A stretch of 64,000 nt of DNA from Sphingomonas sp. (GTDB taxonomy: Bacteria > Pseudomonadota > Alphaproteobacteria > Sphingomonadales > Sphingomonadaceae), in the NCBI RefSeq assembly GCF_965200135.1, contig NZ_CBDATK010000007.1, positions 244,659-308,658 on the forward strand, in the 5' to 3' direction. Below, piece after piece: positions 43,895-51,733 of this stretch. The translations under genes were made by a program, and so were the position numbers. The first letter of the stretch is position 1; every line of letters begins with the position of its first letter. Under the pieces are notes generated by a model that did no database searches, was not told the origin of the DNA, and saw nothing but the letters and a program-made list of their open reading frames with translations.

Positions 43895-45327
43895 GCCGCC
43901 CTCCGCGCGCCCGCTGCCCGCGCCCTGAGCCATTTGTGCATGGTCGCCGCGACGTCGCGGCCGTCGCGGACCGCCCACACCACCAGGCTGGCACCGCGCA
44001 CGATGTCGCCGGCGGCGAACACGCCGTCCAGGCTGGTCATCAGCGTCCTGCTGTCCGCCAGCACGGTGCCCCAGCGCGTCACCTGCAGGTCGGGCGCGCC
44101 GAACAGGACCGGCAGGTCTTCCGCGTCGAAGCCGAGCGCCTTGATGACGAGGTCGGCGCGCGTCGTCGTGTCGCTGTCCGGCTCGTGCTCGGGCGCGCGG
44201 CGGCCGCTCGCGTCGGGCGCGCCGAGCCGCATCCGGCGCAACGCGACCTCACCGCCGTTCGGGCCGTCCCGCAACGCCGTGGGGGCGGAGAGCCATACGA
44301 ACTCGACGCCCTCCTCCTCCGCGTTGGCGACCTCGCGCTGCGATCCCGGCATGTTGGCGCGGTCGCGGCGATAGAGGCAGCGGACGCTCGCCGCGCCCTG
44401 CCGCACCGCCGTCCGCACGCAGTCCATCGCGGTGTCGCCGCCGCCGATCACGACGACGTGCTTGCCGGTCGCCGACAGCGTGCCGTCGTCATAGGCCGGC
44501 ACGCTGTCGCCGAAGCCCTTGCGGTTGGAGGCGGTGAGATAGTCGAGCGCCGCCGTCGCCCCGTCGGCGCCCGGCATGTCGACCTGGCGCGCACGATAGA
44601 CCCCGGTCGCGATCAGCACCGCGTCGTGGCGCTGTCGCAGCTCGTCGAGGGAGGCGTCCTCGCCGACCGCGAAGCCGTGGTGAAAGATGATACCCCCGTC
44701 GCGCAGCCGCTCGACCCGGCGCATCACCACCGGCTTTTCCAGCTTGAAGCCGGGAATGCCATAGGTCAGTAGCCCGCCCGCGCGATCGTGCCGGTCATAG
44801 ACATGGACGTTGTAGCCGTGATTGCGGAGGTATTCGGCGGCGGTCATCCCGGCGGGGCCCGCGCCGACGATCCCGACCGACTGGCCGCGTGCCGGCCCGA
44901 CGGCGACCGGCTCGACCCAGCCTTCCTCCCATGCCTTGTCGGTGATGTATTTCTCGACCGAGCCGATCGTGACGGCGCCGTGGCCGGCGAACTCGATCAC
45001 GCAATTGCCCTCGCACAGCCGGTCCTGCGGGCAGATGCGGCCACAGATCTCGGGCATCGTCGAGGTCGCGTTGCTGAGCTCGTACGCCTCGCGCAGCCGC
45101 CCCTCGGCGGTCAGGCGCAGCCAGTCGGGGATGTGGTTGTGGAGCGGGCAATGCACCGTGCAGTACGGAACGCCACATTGCGAGCAGCGCCCGGCCTGAT
45201 CTTCCGCATCCGGGGTAGCGTAGCGCGCGGCGATCTCGGCGAAGTCGGCGGCTCGGTCGCCCGCCGATCGCTTGGCGGGGTAAGCCTGATCGCGCCCGAC
45301 GAATTGCAGCATTGGATCGACGGCCAT
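43891..45327 (-). CDS. gltD: glutamate synthase small subunit
   Basis: Cys clusters CSQCGVPYCTVHCP and GRICPQDRLCEGNC, and NAD(P)/FAD motifs VGAGPAG and VIGGGDTAMD. Start uncertain (GTG 45357, ATG 45327 or ATG 45312). Confidence 0.93.
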   Translation of the reverse strand: MAVDPMLQFVGRDQAYPAKRSAGDRAADFAEIAARYATPDAEDQAGRCSQCGVPYCTVHCPLHNHIPDWLRLTAEGRLREAYELSNATSTMPEICGRICPQDRLCEGNCVIEFAGHGAVTIGSVEKYITDKAWEEGWVEPVAVGPARGQSVGIVGAGPAGMTAAEYLRNHGYNVHVYDRHDRAGGLLTYGIPGFKLEKPVVMRRVERLRDGGIIFHHGFAVGEDASLDELRQRHDAVLIATGVYRARQVDMPGADGATAALDYLTASNRKGFGDSVPAYDDGTLSATGKHVVVIGGGDTAMDCVRTAVRQGAASVRCLYRRDRANMPGSQREVANAEEEGVEFVWLSAPTALRDGPNGGEVALRRMRLGAPDASGRRAPEHEPDSDTTTRADLVIKALGFDAEDLPVLFGAPDLQVTRWGTVLADSRTLMTSLDGVFAAGDIVRGASLVVWAVRDGRDVAATMHKWLRARAAGARRAA

Positions 45328-45474
45328 GCGGAGACTCGTACAAGGAGTGAACGTCACCCCTGTAACAGAGCCTTCGTGATCTTCTAGTCAGGCTAACTTA
45401 CCTATATTGTAATTTGGAATCCTTCATCGCAGCGCATCATAAATATATGACGCTCAATCACGCCCGGATCGGAA

Positions 45475-46281
45475 CTATTTCAGCAGGAACACGAGCGCGA
45501 GGCCCCCCGCTACGATGCGATACCAGGCGAACGGGGCAAAACCATGCCGCCCGACCAGCGCGACGAAACCCTTTACTACCCCGAGCGCCACGACGAACGC
45601 GACGATCGCGCCGACGCCGATCTCCGGCCAGCTCACCCCCTGCCCCGCCGCCAACGCATGCCGGTTCTGCCACAGCTCCAGCGTGCTCGCCCCGAGCATC
45701 GTCGGGATCGCAAGGAAGAAGGAGAACTCCGCCGCCGTCCGCCGCTCCACCCCCAGCGCGACGCCGCCCAGGATGGTGGCGCCCGAGCGGCTGACGCCCG
45801 GCACCATCGACAGGCACTGGATCACGCCGATGCCCGCCGCCGTCCCGACCGGTATGTCCGCGATGCCGCGCGTCTCCCCCGGCCTGGCGAACCGCTCCAC
45901 CAGCAGGATTGCGACGCCGCCGACGATCAGCGCCACCGCCACCACCGTGGCGTTGCCGAGCAGCGCCTCCACCTTCTTGTGCAGCGCCAGTCCAACGACC
46001 ACCGCGGGAAGGAACGCGATCAACAGGTTGCGGACGAAACGGACCGCGCCGTCCTGCCACCGTAGCAACCCGGCCGCGACGGTCCAGAACGTGCGCCAGT
46101 ACAGCACGACCACCGCCGCGATCGCGCCGAGCTGGATGACGACGTTGAACAACGCCCAGCGCGCCGCGTCGTAGCCGAGCAGCCGCGTCGCCAGGATCAG
46201 GTGCCCGGTGGAGGACACCGGCAGAAACTCGGTCACGCCCTCGACCACGCCCAGCAGCGCGGCGGTCAGCAGGTCGCTCAT
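45475..46281 (-). CDS. uppP: undecaprenyl-diphosphate phosphatase
   Basis: 268 aa. GVVEGVTEFLPVSSTGH and PGVSRSG motifs. Confidence 0.9.
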   Translation of the reverse strand: MSDLLTAALLGVVEGVTEFLPVSSTGHLILATRLLGYDAARWALFNVVIQLGAIAAVVVLYWRTFWTVAAGLLRWQDGAVRFVRNLLIAFLPAVVVGLALHKKVEALLGNATVVAVALIVGGVAILLVERFARPGETRGIADIPVGTAAGIGVIQCLSMVPGVSRSGATILGGVALGVERRTAAEFSFFLAIPTMLGASTLELWQNRHALAAGQGVSWPEIGVGAIVAFVVALGVVKGFVALVGRHGFAPFAWYRIVAGGLALVFLLK

Positions 46282-47243
46282 GCGCCGACCTTCTCCGCCT
46301 GAAGCTCGACCGATTCGGTGGCGCGGCGGGCGAACCGGCCCTGTTTGCGATATCGGACCAGCCAGCCGGGCGCGACCGAGGCCATCGGCGTCGGCTCGAT
46401 GCCGAACGCGGCGAGTCCCTCAGCGCCCGGCGCCACGACATTGTCGCGCTGGAGCATCAGCCACTGATCGCGCGTGATCGGCGCGCCCGGCAGGAACCCG
46501 GCGCCGGCGATCAGCGCGCCGGCGATGTCGGGCAGCTCGACGAAGCGCGGCCGCCGGTTGGTCTCCGCCGCGATCCATTGCAGCAGCGCCGCCATCGTCG
46601 GCGTGTCGGGGCCGCCTAGTTCATAGGTGCGGCCGGCGAACCGGCCCGGCTCGGTCGCGGCGAAGCGGATCGCCTCGGCGACATCGCCCACGAACACCGG
46701 CTGGAAACGGGTATTCGGCTTGAGGACGGGCACCATCGGCGCCTTGGCGATCAGGCCGGCGAAGCGGTTGAGGAACTGGTCCTCCTGCCCGAACACTACC
46801 GAAGGCCGCAGGATCGTCGCGGCCGCGAAGGCCACGCGCACCGCTTCCTCGCCCGCGCCCTTGGTCTGCGCGTAGGCGGACTGGCCGGTCGCGTCGGCAC
46901 CGATCGCCGAGATATGGACCAGCGCCTCCACCCCGGCGTCGGCGGCGGCCTGCGCCACGATCCGCGCGCCGTCGACATGGACGCGCGCCATGTCGCCGAA
47001 GCTGCCCACCAGGTTGACGACGGCGTCCGCGCCCGCAACCGCGCGCGCCACCGTGTCGGGGCGGGTGATGTCGGCGGCGACGAACTGGCTCTGCCCCAGG
47101 CCACCCAGCGGTTTCAGGTAAAAGGCGCGCCGCGGATCGCGCTCGGCGAAGCGCACGCGCGCGCCTGCCCGCAACAGCGCCTGCGCGGCATAGCGGCCGA
47201 TAAAGCCCCCGCCCCCGAACAGCACCACCAGCCTGTCACGCAT
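46278..47243 (-). CDS. complex I NDUFA9-like NAD(P)-binding SDR family protein
   Basis: Rossmann motif VLFGGGGFIGRY. Size and C-terminal region match the NDUFA9-like proteins of alphaproteobacteria. Confidence 0.8.
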   Translation of the reverse strand: MRDRLVVLFGGGGFIGRYAAQALLRAGARVRFAERDPRRAFYLKPLGGLGQSQFVAADITRPDTVARAVAGADAVVNLVGSFGDMARVHVDGARIVAQAAADAGVEALVHISAIGADATGQSAYAQTKGAGEEAVRVAFAAATILRPSVVFGQEDQFLNRFAGLIAKAPMVPVLKPNTRFQPVFVGDVAEAIRFAATEPGRFAGRTYELGGPDTPTMAALLQWIAAETNRRPRFVELPDIAGALIAGAGFLPGAPITRDQWLMLQRDNVVAPGAEGLAAFGIEPTPMASVAPGWLVRYRKQGRFARRATESVELQAEKVGA

Positions 47244-47292
47244 CGCCCAATCCTCGCACCGAACGCGCGCTCCCTGCTCTCCCGCGCTCCGG

Positions 47293-47320
47293 TTGACAAG
47301 GCGCCGACGCCGCCCCTAAA
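47293..47320 (+). promoter_or_regulatory. possible sigma-70 promoter for tRNA-Leu
   Basis: TTGACA (47293-47298), a 16-nt spacer, then CCTAAA (47315-47320), about 35 nt before the tRNA 5' end. The -10 element is weak. Confidence 0.3.
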
Positions 47321-47354
47321 GGCCCGCCCCTACCCGGAGCTTCCAGCTCCCCGT

Positions 47355-47441
47355 GCCCAGATGGCGGAATTGGTAGACGCACCAGCTTCAGGTGCTGGCG
47401 ATCGCAAGGTCGTGGAGGTTCGAGTCCTCTTCTGGGCACCA
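47355..47441 (+). tRNA. tRNA-Leu (anticodon CAG)
   Basis: Acceptor stem GCCCAGA/TCTGGGC. Anticodon arm CCAGC-TTCAGGT-GCTGG. Long variable arm, T-loop TTCGAGT, and an encoded CCA. Confidence 0.95.
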
Positions 47442-47446
47442 TTTCC
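47424..47446 (+). repeat. attL-like core (3' end of tRNA-Leu plus 5 nt)
   Basis: GTCCTCTTCTGGGCACCATTTCC. It is repeated imperfectly at 62484-62505. Confidence 0.7.
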
Positions 47447-47592
47447 CTGTTCGCGAGAGTTCGCCACTGGTCGACAAACCCTAGGTTTTCTGCCATTTTC
47501 GCCAGCGACACGGTTGCTGGCGTACGCCTTTGTTCGCCGACAGCCGGGCCAAAACAGGGGCCTTTTTGGGGGCCCTTTTTGGAGGGCCTGAT

Positions 47593-48819
47593 ATGGCGCT
47601 TACCGATACGGCGATCCGGGCGGCAAAGCCGAAGGAGCGGGATTACAAGCTCGCGGACGGCAGCGGCCTCTATCTTCTGGTGACTAAGGCCGGCGGCAAG
47701 CTCTGGCGGCTGAAGTACCGGGCGCATGGCGTCGAGCGGAAGTTGGCGCTGGGGAAGTATCCCGATGTGACGCTGGGGGCGGCCCGTAAGGCGCGGGGCG
47801 AGGCGCGTGCGAAGGCGGGCGCGGGCGACGATCCGGCAGCGGCCAAGCGGCGCGAGCGGGTCGCGGCCAAGCTGGCGGCAGGCACCACTTTCGGCGCTGT
47901 CGCCCTGGAATATGTCGGCAAGGCTGAACGCGAAGGCCGCGCGCCCGCCACGATCGCTAAGCTTCATTGGGCGCGAGAGTGGCTGCGACCCGCGATCGGT
48001 CATCGTCCGGTCGATCAGGTGGAGCCTCACGAGTTGCTGGCCGTCCTAAAAAAGCAGGAAGCGCAAGGCAACCTAGAGACTGCCCGCCGGACCCGCGCCT
48101 TTGCCAGTCGCGTGTTTCGCTATGCGGTCGCCACCGCTCGCGCCAAGGCCGATCCGGCCGGGCTGTTGCTCGGCGCGGTGGCGTCGCCCAAACCCAAAAA
48201 CCTGTCCGCAATCGTCGACCCCAAGCGGATCGGCGAGCTGCTGCGCGCAATTGACGGCTATACTGGACAGCCGGTCACGCGGCTGGCGCTGGCGCTTTCG
48301 CCCCATGTGTTCGTCAGGCCCGGCGAGCTTCGCCAAGCGGAGTGGAGCGAGTTCGATCTGGAGGCAAACGTCTGGCGCATCCCGGCGGCGCGCATGAAGA
48401 AGCGGCGCGAGCATGTCGTACCGCTATCCCTTCAAGCACTGGCGATCCTTGGCAATCTGCGCGAATTGAGCGGCGGCGGGCGACTGGTATTCCCTGCGAT
48501 GGGCAAACGTGATCGTCCCCTTTCAGAGAATACGGCAACGGCCGCGCTTCGCCGGATGGGGTTCGGCGCGGACGAAATGACGGCGCATGGGTTCCGCGCA
48601 ATGGCGAGCACGCTGCTGAACGAGTCGGGCAAGTGGCATCCCGACGCGATTGAGCGCGCTCTGGCGCATCGTGACAGCGATCAGGTTCGCGCCGCCTACC
48701 ATCGCGGCGCGCATTGGGACGAGCGGGTCCGGATGGCGCAATGGTGGAGCGACAAACTGGACGCGCTGAAGACCGGGGCAACTATCCTGCCGCTGACGGC
48801 TCAGGCCCTTTTGCGTTAG
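47593..48819 (+). CDS. int: P4-type tyrosine integrase (DUF4102 arm-binding N-terminus)
   Basis: MALTDTAIRAAKPKERDYKLADGSGLYLLVTKAGGKLWRLKY at the N-terminus. Catalytic HGFRAMAST...AHRDSDQVRAAYHRG at the C-terminus. Confidence 0.9.
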   Translation: MALTDTAIRAAKPKERDYKLADGSGLYLLVTKAGGKLWRLKYRAHGVERKLALGKYPDVTLGAARKARGEARAKAGAGDDPAAAKRRERVAAKLAAGTTFGAVALEYVGKAEREGRAPATIAKLHWAREWLRPAIGHRPVDQVEPHELLAVLKKQEAQGNLETARRTRAFASRVFRYAVATARAKADPAGLLLGAVASPKPKNLSAIVDPKRIGELLRAIDGYTGQPVTRLALALSPHVFVRPGELRQAEWSEFDLEANVWRIPAARMKKRREHVVPLSLQALAILGNLRELSGGGRLVFPAMGKRDRPLSENTATAALRRMGFGADEMTAHGFRAMASTLLNESGKWHPDAIERALAHRDSDQVRAAYHRGAHWDERVRMAQWWSDKLDALKTGATILPLTAQALLR

Positions 48820-48851
48820 CGTGCTTGATCGAACGCGACGGCTGGCGATAG

Positions 48852-49781
48852 TTGGCGAGCATGGCCGAACACTGGATTGAGGCACGCGAGGCCGCTCGGA
48901 TCGTCAATGATACAGACGCGCTTCGCCAGCGCGTGTCGTTCGGGATGGTGCGATGCTGCGCCCGACGCGCCACGATCGACGGCGAGCCCGTCGAGTTCCT
49001 CTGTCTTCCCGATGAGTTCTGGTCCGACAGTGGACGAGAGCGCCTGCAACAAGACTGGGAGCATGGCGACTTCCAATCTAGTTTCGATGGGCTGACGGTT
49101 TCCTGCGCGTTCGGCGTGCGCTTCGACGCTTCGGATGTGATCGCAATGGTTCCTGTCGAAAAGCGGGCAGCGGCTGCGCGCAGTCTATCAGTTGCGGGCA
49201 ACGCGGCGTGGGTCTCGGCGCGGGAGGCTAGGCGCTTCGCTTACGATATGGCGGGGTTTAACCCGATGACGGCCGGCGCAGCTGTGGTCGAGCAATGCCG
49301 ACTTGGGTTTGTGACAGCGCGAGCGATCGAGATGCGATGGGCGGCCGGGCAAAGGCCGGATGACTGGACGCAGGAAGAGCGCGAGTGGGACATCCCAGCT
49401 TGGTTTTGGGAGCGTTTCACGACGCAAGACGCTAGTTCGCAGGATTGGGAGCAAGGTCGGTTTGCTGGACGGGGGCGCGCACCTCAGGGCTACGGCTGGC
49501 TAACGCTCAACGGAGTGCACTTCCTGCGGTCCTCGCTCGATGTCCTTTTGCCGGTTGCGCCACCAGTGCCGGGAGAGCACGACCAAGCGGATCCGCGCAA
49601 GCCGGCACTTCCGGAAGCCGAATTGGAGAGATGGTGGAATAAGCTCGCGAAGGCACGAGACGGGCTTACGCAGGAACAGCTACGCGGGCTCGCGGCCAAC
49701 GATCATCCGCAACATAGCGTCTCGCGAGATCGCATCCGGGCGCTGGCAGAAGGCCGCAAACCGGGCCCAAAGACAAATTAG
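48852..49781 (+). CDS. hypothetical protein with an internal ~100-aa duplication
   Basis: 309 aa. aa 8-101 and 120-233 align with each other (W[IV]xAREAxR ... FW...QDWE[HQ]G.F ... G.T..GV.F...). No known domain recognised. Confidence 0.5.
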   Translation: MASMAEHWIEAREAARIVNDTDALRQRVSFGMVRCCARRATIDGEPVEFLCLPDEFWSDSGRERLQQDWEHGDFQSSFDGLTVSCAFGVRFDASDVIAMVPVEKRAAAARSLSVAGNAAWVSAREARRFAYDMAGFNPMTAGAAVVEQCRLGFVTARAIEMRWAAGQRPDDWTQEEREWDIPAWFWERFTTQDASSQDWEQGRFAGRGRAPQGYGWLTLNGVHFLRSSLDVLLPVAPPVPGEHDQADPRKPALPEAELERWWNKLAKARDGLTQEQLRGLAANDHPQHSVSRDRIRALAEGRKPGPKTN

Positions 49782-49895
49782 GCGGGAATCTTCCGCGGAA
49801 TTGCCGCGCAATAGCCGCCGAAATAGCCGCCTGATTCCACCTGCCTCAAACCCCGATCATGTCCGCCGATGCTCGCACGGACACGGGAGTGACGC

Positions 49896-50063
49896 ATGGA
49901 AAATCTCGCAATTTCGATCAACGACACGGCAAAGGCGCTGAGCCTGGGCCGGACGACCGTTTATGCGATGATCGCCGATGGGCGATTGGAGGCGTTCAAG
50001 CTGGGCCGTCGGCGGCTGGTGAAGGCGGAGTCGGTGCGCAGGCTGATCGAGTCGCAGGGTTAG
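49896..50063 (+). CDS. AlpA/excisionase-family HTH protein (55 aa)
   Basis: Not in the track. ATG preceded by GGGAG. MENLAISINDTAKALSLGRTTVYAMIADGRLEAFKLGRRRLVKAESVRRLIESQG. Confidence 0.7.
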   Translation: MENLAISINDTAKALSLGRTTVYAMIADGRLEAFKLGRRRLVKAESVRRLIESQG

Positions 50064-50073
50064 GGCGGTCGCT

Positions 50074-50559
50074 ATGGCCGCGCGGCGGGCCGGCCCAAAT
50101 TCCGTCAAGCTCAACCGCACCTATGACGTGGCAGAGCTGGCGGCGCGATTGGGCGTGCATAAGAATACGGTGCGCCATTGGCAGCGCGACGGGTTGAAAC
50201 CGCTCGACAGCGGCCGGCCCGTGCTGTTCCACGGCGCGACAGTCCGCGCCTTCCTTTCGAGCCGTAGCGCCAGCCGCAAGTCGCCCTGTCCGCCGGGGAC
50301 CCTCTACTGCTTCAAGTGCCGCTCGCCGCGTTCGCCGGCTTTGGGCATGGTCGATTATATCCCGATCAACGCCACGGGCGGCAACGTCCGGGCGATCTGC
50401 GCCGCCTGCGAAACCGTCATGCATCGCCGCGCCGCCAAAGCCTCGCTCGCGACCATCCTGCCCGGCTGCGACGTCCAAATCGCGCAAGCACCGCCACGCC
50501 TAAAGGGCAGCCCCTCGCCCTCCCTGAACTGTGACTTGGAAAGGCAGGCGACAATATGA
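50074..50559 (+). CDS. HTH (MerR/excisionase-like) plus CxxC...CxxC zinc-ribbon protein
   Basis: YDVAELAARLGVHKNTVRHWQRDGLKP, then CFKC ... CAAC. Has an ATGA overlap with the next recombinase gene. Confidence 0.6.
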   Translation: MAARRAGPNSVKLNRTYDVAELAARLGVHKNTVRHWQRDGLKPLDSGRPVLFHGATVRAFLSSRSASRKSPCPPGTLYCFKCRSPRSPALGMVDYIPINATGGNVRAICAACETVMHRRAAKASLATILPGCDVQIAQAPPRLKGSPSPSLNCDLERQATI

Positions 50560-51671
50560 CGAAGCACAACGCCGCAAACGAGCGGGTGAAGCGAGATTAC
50601 TACCGCTATCTGAAGGAGGCGAAGGGCCGTGACGAGGCTACGATCGACGCCGTTGCCAAGTCGCTGGCGCGGTTCGAGGAATCGACCAAGCGCAAGGAGT
50701 TTCGGCGCTTCCACCGCGAACAGGCGGTCGCCTTCAAGCGGGCGCTGGCAGACGCGTTGAACGCGCGCACGGGGGAGCGGCTGAGCAAGGCGACGATGCT
50801 GTCGACGCTGCGCGACCTCCGCGCCTTCTTCTTCTGGTTGGCACACCTGCCTGGCTTCAAGTCGCATATTGCCTATGCGGACGCGGACTATTTCAACCTG
50901 AGCGACAAGGACGTGGCGGTCGCGCGCGCGCGGCGCGAAAAGCGGGTGCCGACACTCGCGCAAGTGCACCTCGTTCTGTCGTCCATGCCCGCCGACACCG
51001 TGCTCGAAAGGCGCAACCGGGCGCTGATCGCTTTTGCCGCGTTGACCGGCGCGCGCGTTGGCGCGCTGGCATCCTTCCGGCTGGGGCACGTCAACCTGGA
51101 CGAAGGTTATGTCGAACAGGATGCGCGGTCCGTCCGCACCAAGTTCGCCAAGACGTTCCGTACCTATCTCATGCCGATCGAAGGCAGCGCGCAGACCGTG
51201 TTCGCCGACTGGACCCGCGAGCTGGAGCGGGATCATCATTGGGGCGGCGACGATCCGCTGTTCCCAGCGACCGAAATGGGGCTCGACGAAAACGGCGGCT
51301 TTCGCGCGGCGGGGATCATGCGGAACGGCTGGAGCACGACACAGCCGATCAATGCGGTGTTTCGGCGAGCGTTCGAGCGGGCCGGCCTGCCGTATTACAA
51401 CCCTCACAGCTTCCGCGATATGCTGGTGCGCCATGCGATGACGCTCAACCTGTCGCCGGAAGCGATGAAGGCATGGTCACAAAATCTGGGCCACGCCGAC
51501 GTACTAACCACCTTCACGAGCTATGGCAGCGTACCGACACACCGCCAGGGCGAACTTATCCAATCAATCTCGCATGCAGGGGGATCGTCACCAGCCCGCG
51601 ACGAGGTCGCTCAGGCTCTTGCTACGCTTCAGCGCGTGATCCCCGGACTAGGCGGTTCGAGACACGCGTAA
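50556..51671 (+). CDS. tyrosine-type site-specific recombinase/integrase
   Basis: ALTGARVGAL (Arg), HSFRDML (HxxR), NLGHADVLTTFTSYG (His and Tyr). Confidence 0.85.
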   Translation: MTKHNAANERVKRDYYRYLKEAKGRDEATIDAVAKSLARFEESTKRKEFRRFHREQAVAFKRALADALNARTGERLSKATMLSTLRDLRAFFFWLAHLPGFKSHIAYADADYFNLSDKDVAVARARREKRVPTLAQVHLVLSSMPADTVLERRNRALIAFAALTGARVGALASFRLGHVNLDEGYVEQDARSVRTKFAKTFRTYLMPIEGSAQTVFADWTRELERDHHWGGDDPLFPATEMGLDENGGFRAAGIMRNGWSTTQPINAVFRRAFERAGLPYYNPHSFRDMLVRHAMTLNLSPEAMKAWSQNLGHADVLTTFTSYGSVPTHRQGELIQSISHAGGSSPARDEVAQALATLQRVIPGLGGSRHA

Positions 51672-51733
51672 CTGATTGGCCTTGTCGGGTCCGAACGCCC
51701 CAGGCTAACTAGCAGCCTGGGGAAGGGGCACCA

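Noticed and set aside
47236-48030. A 264-aa minus-strand ORF spanning the tRNA-Leu gene and the integrase 5' region.
   Set aside because: It contains the tell-tale translation of a tRNA gene (VPRRGLEPPRP) and runs antisense to the well-supported integrase. It is an artefact.
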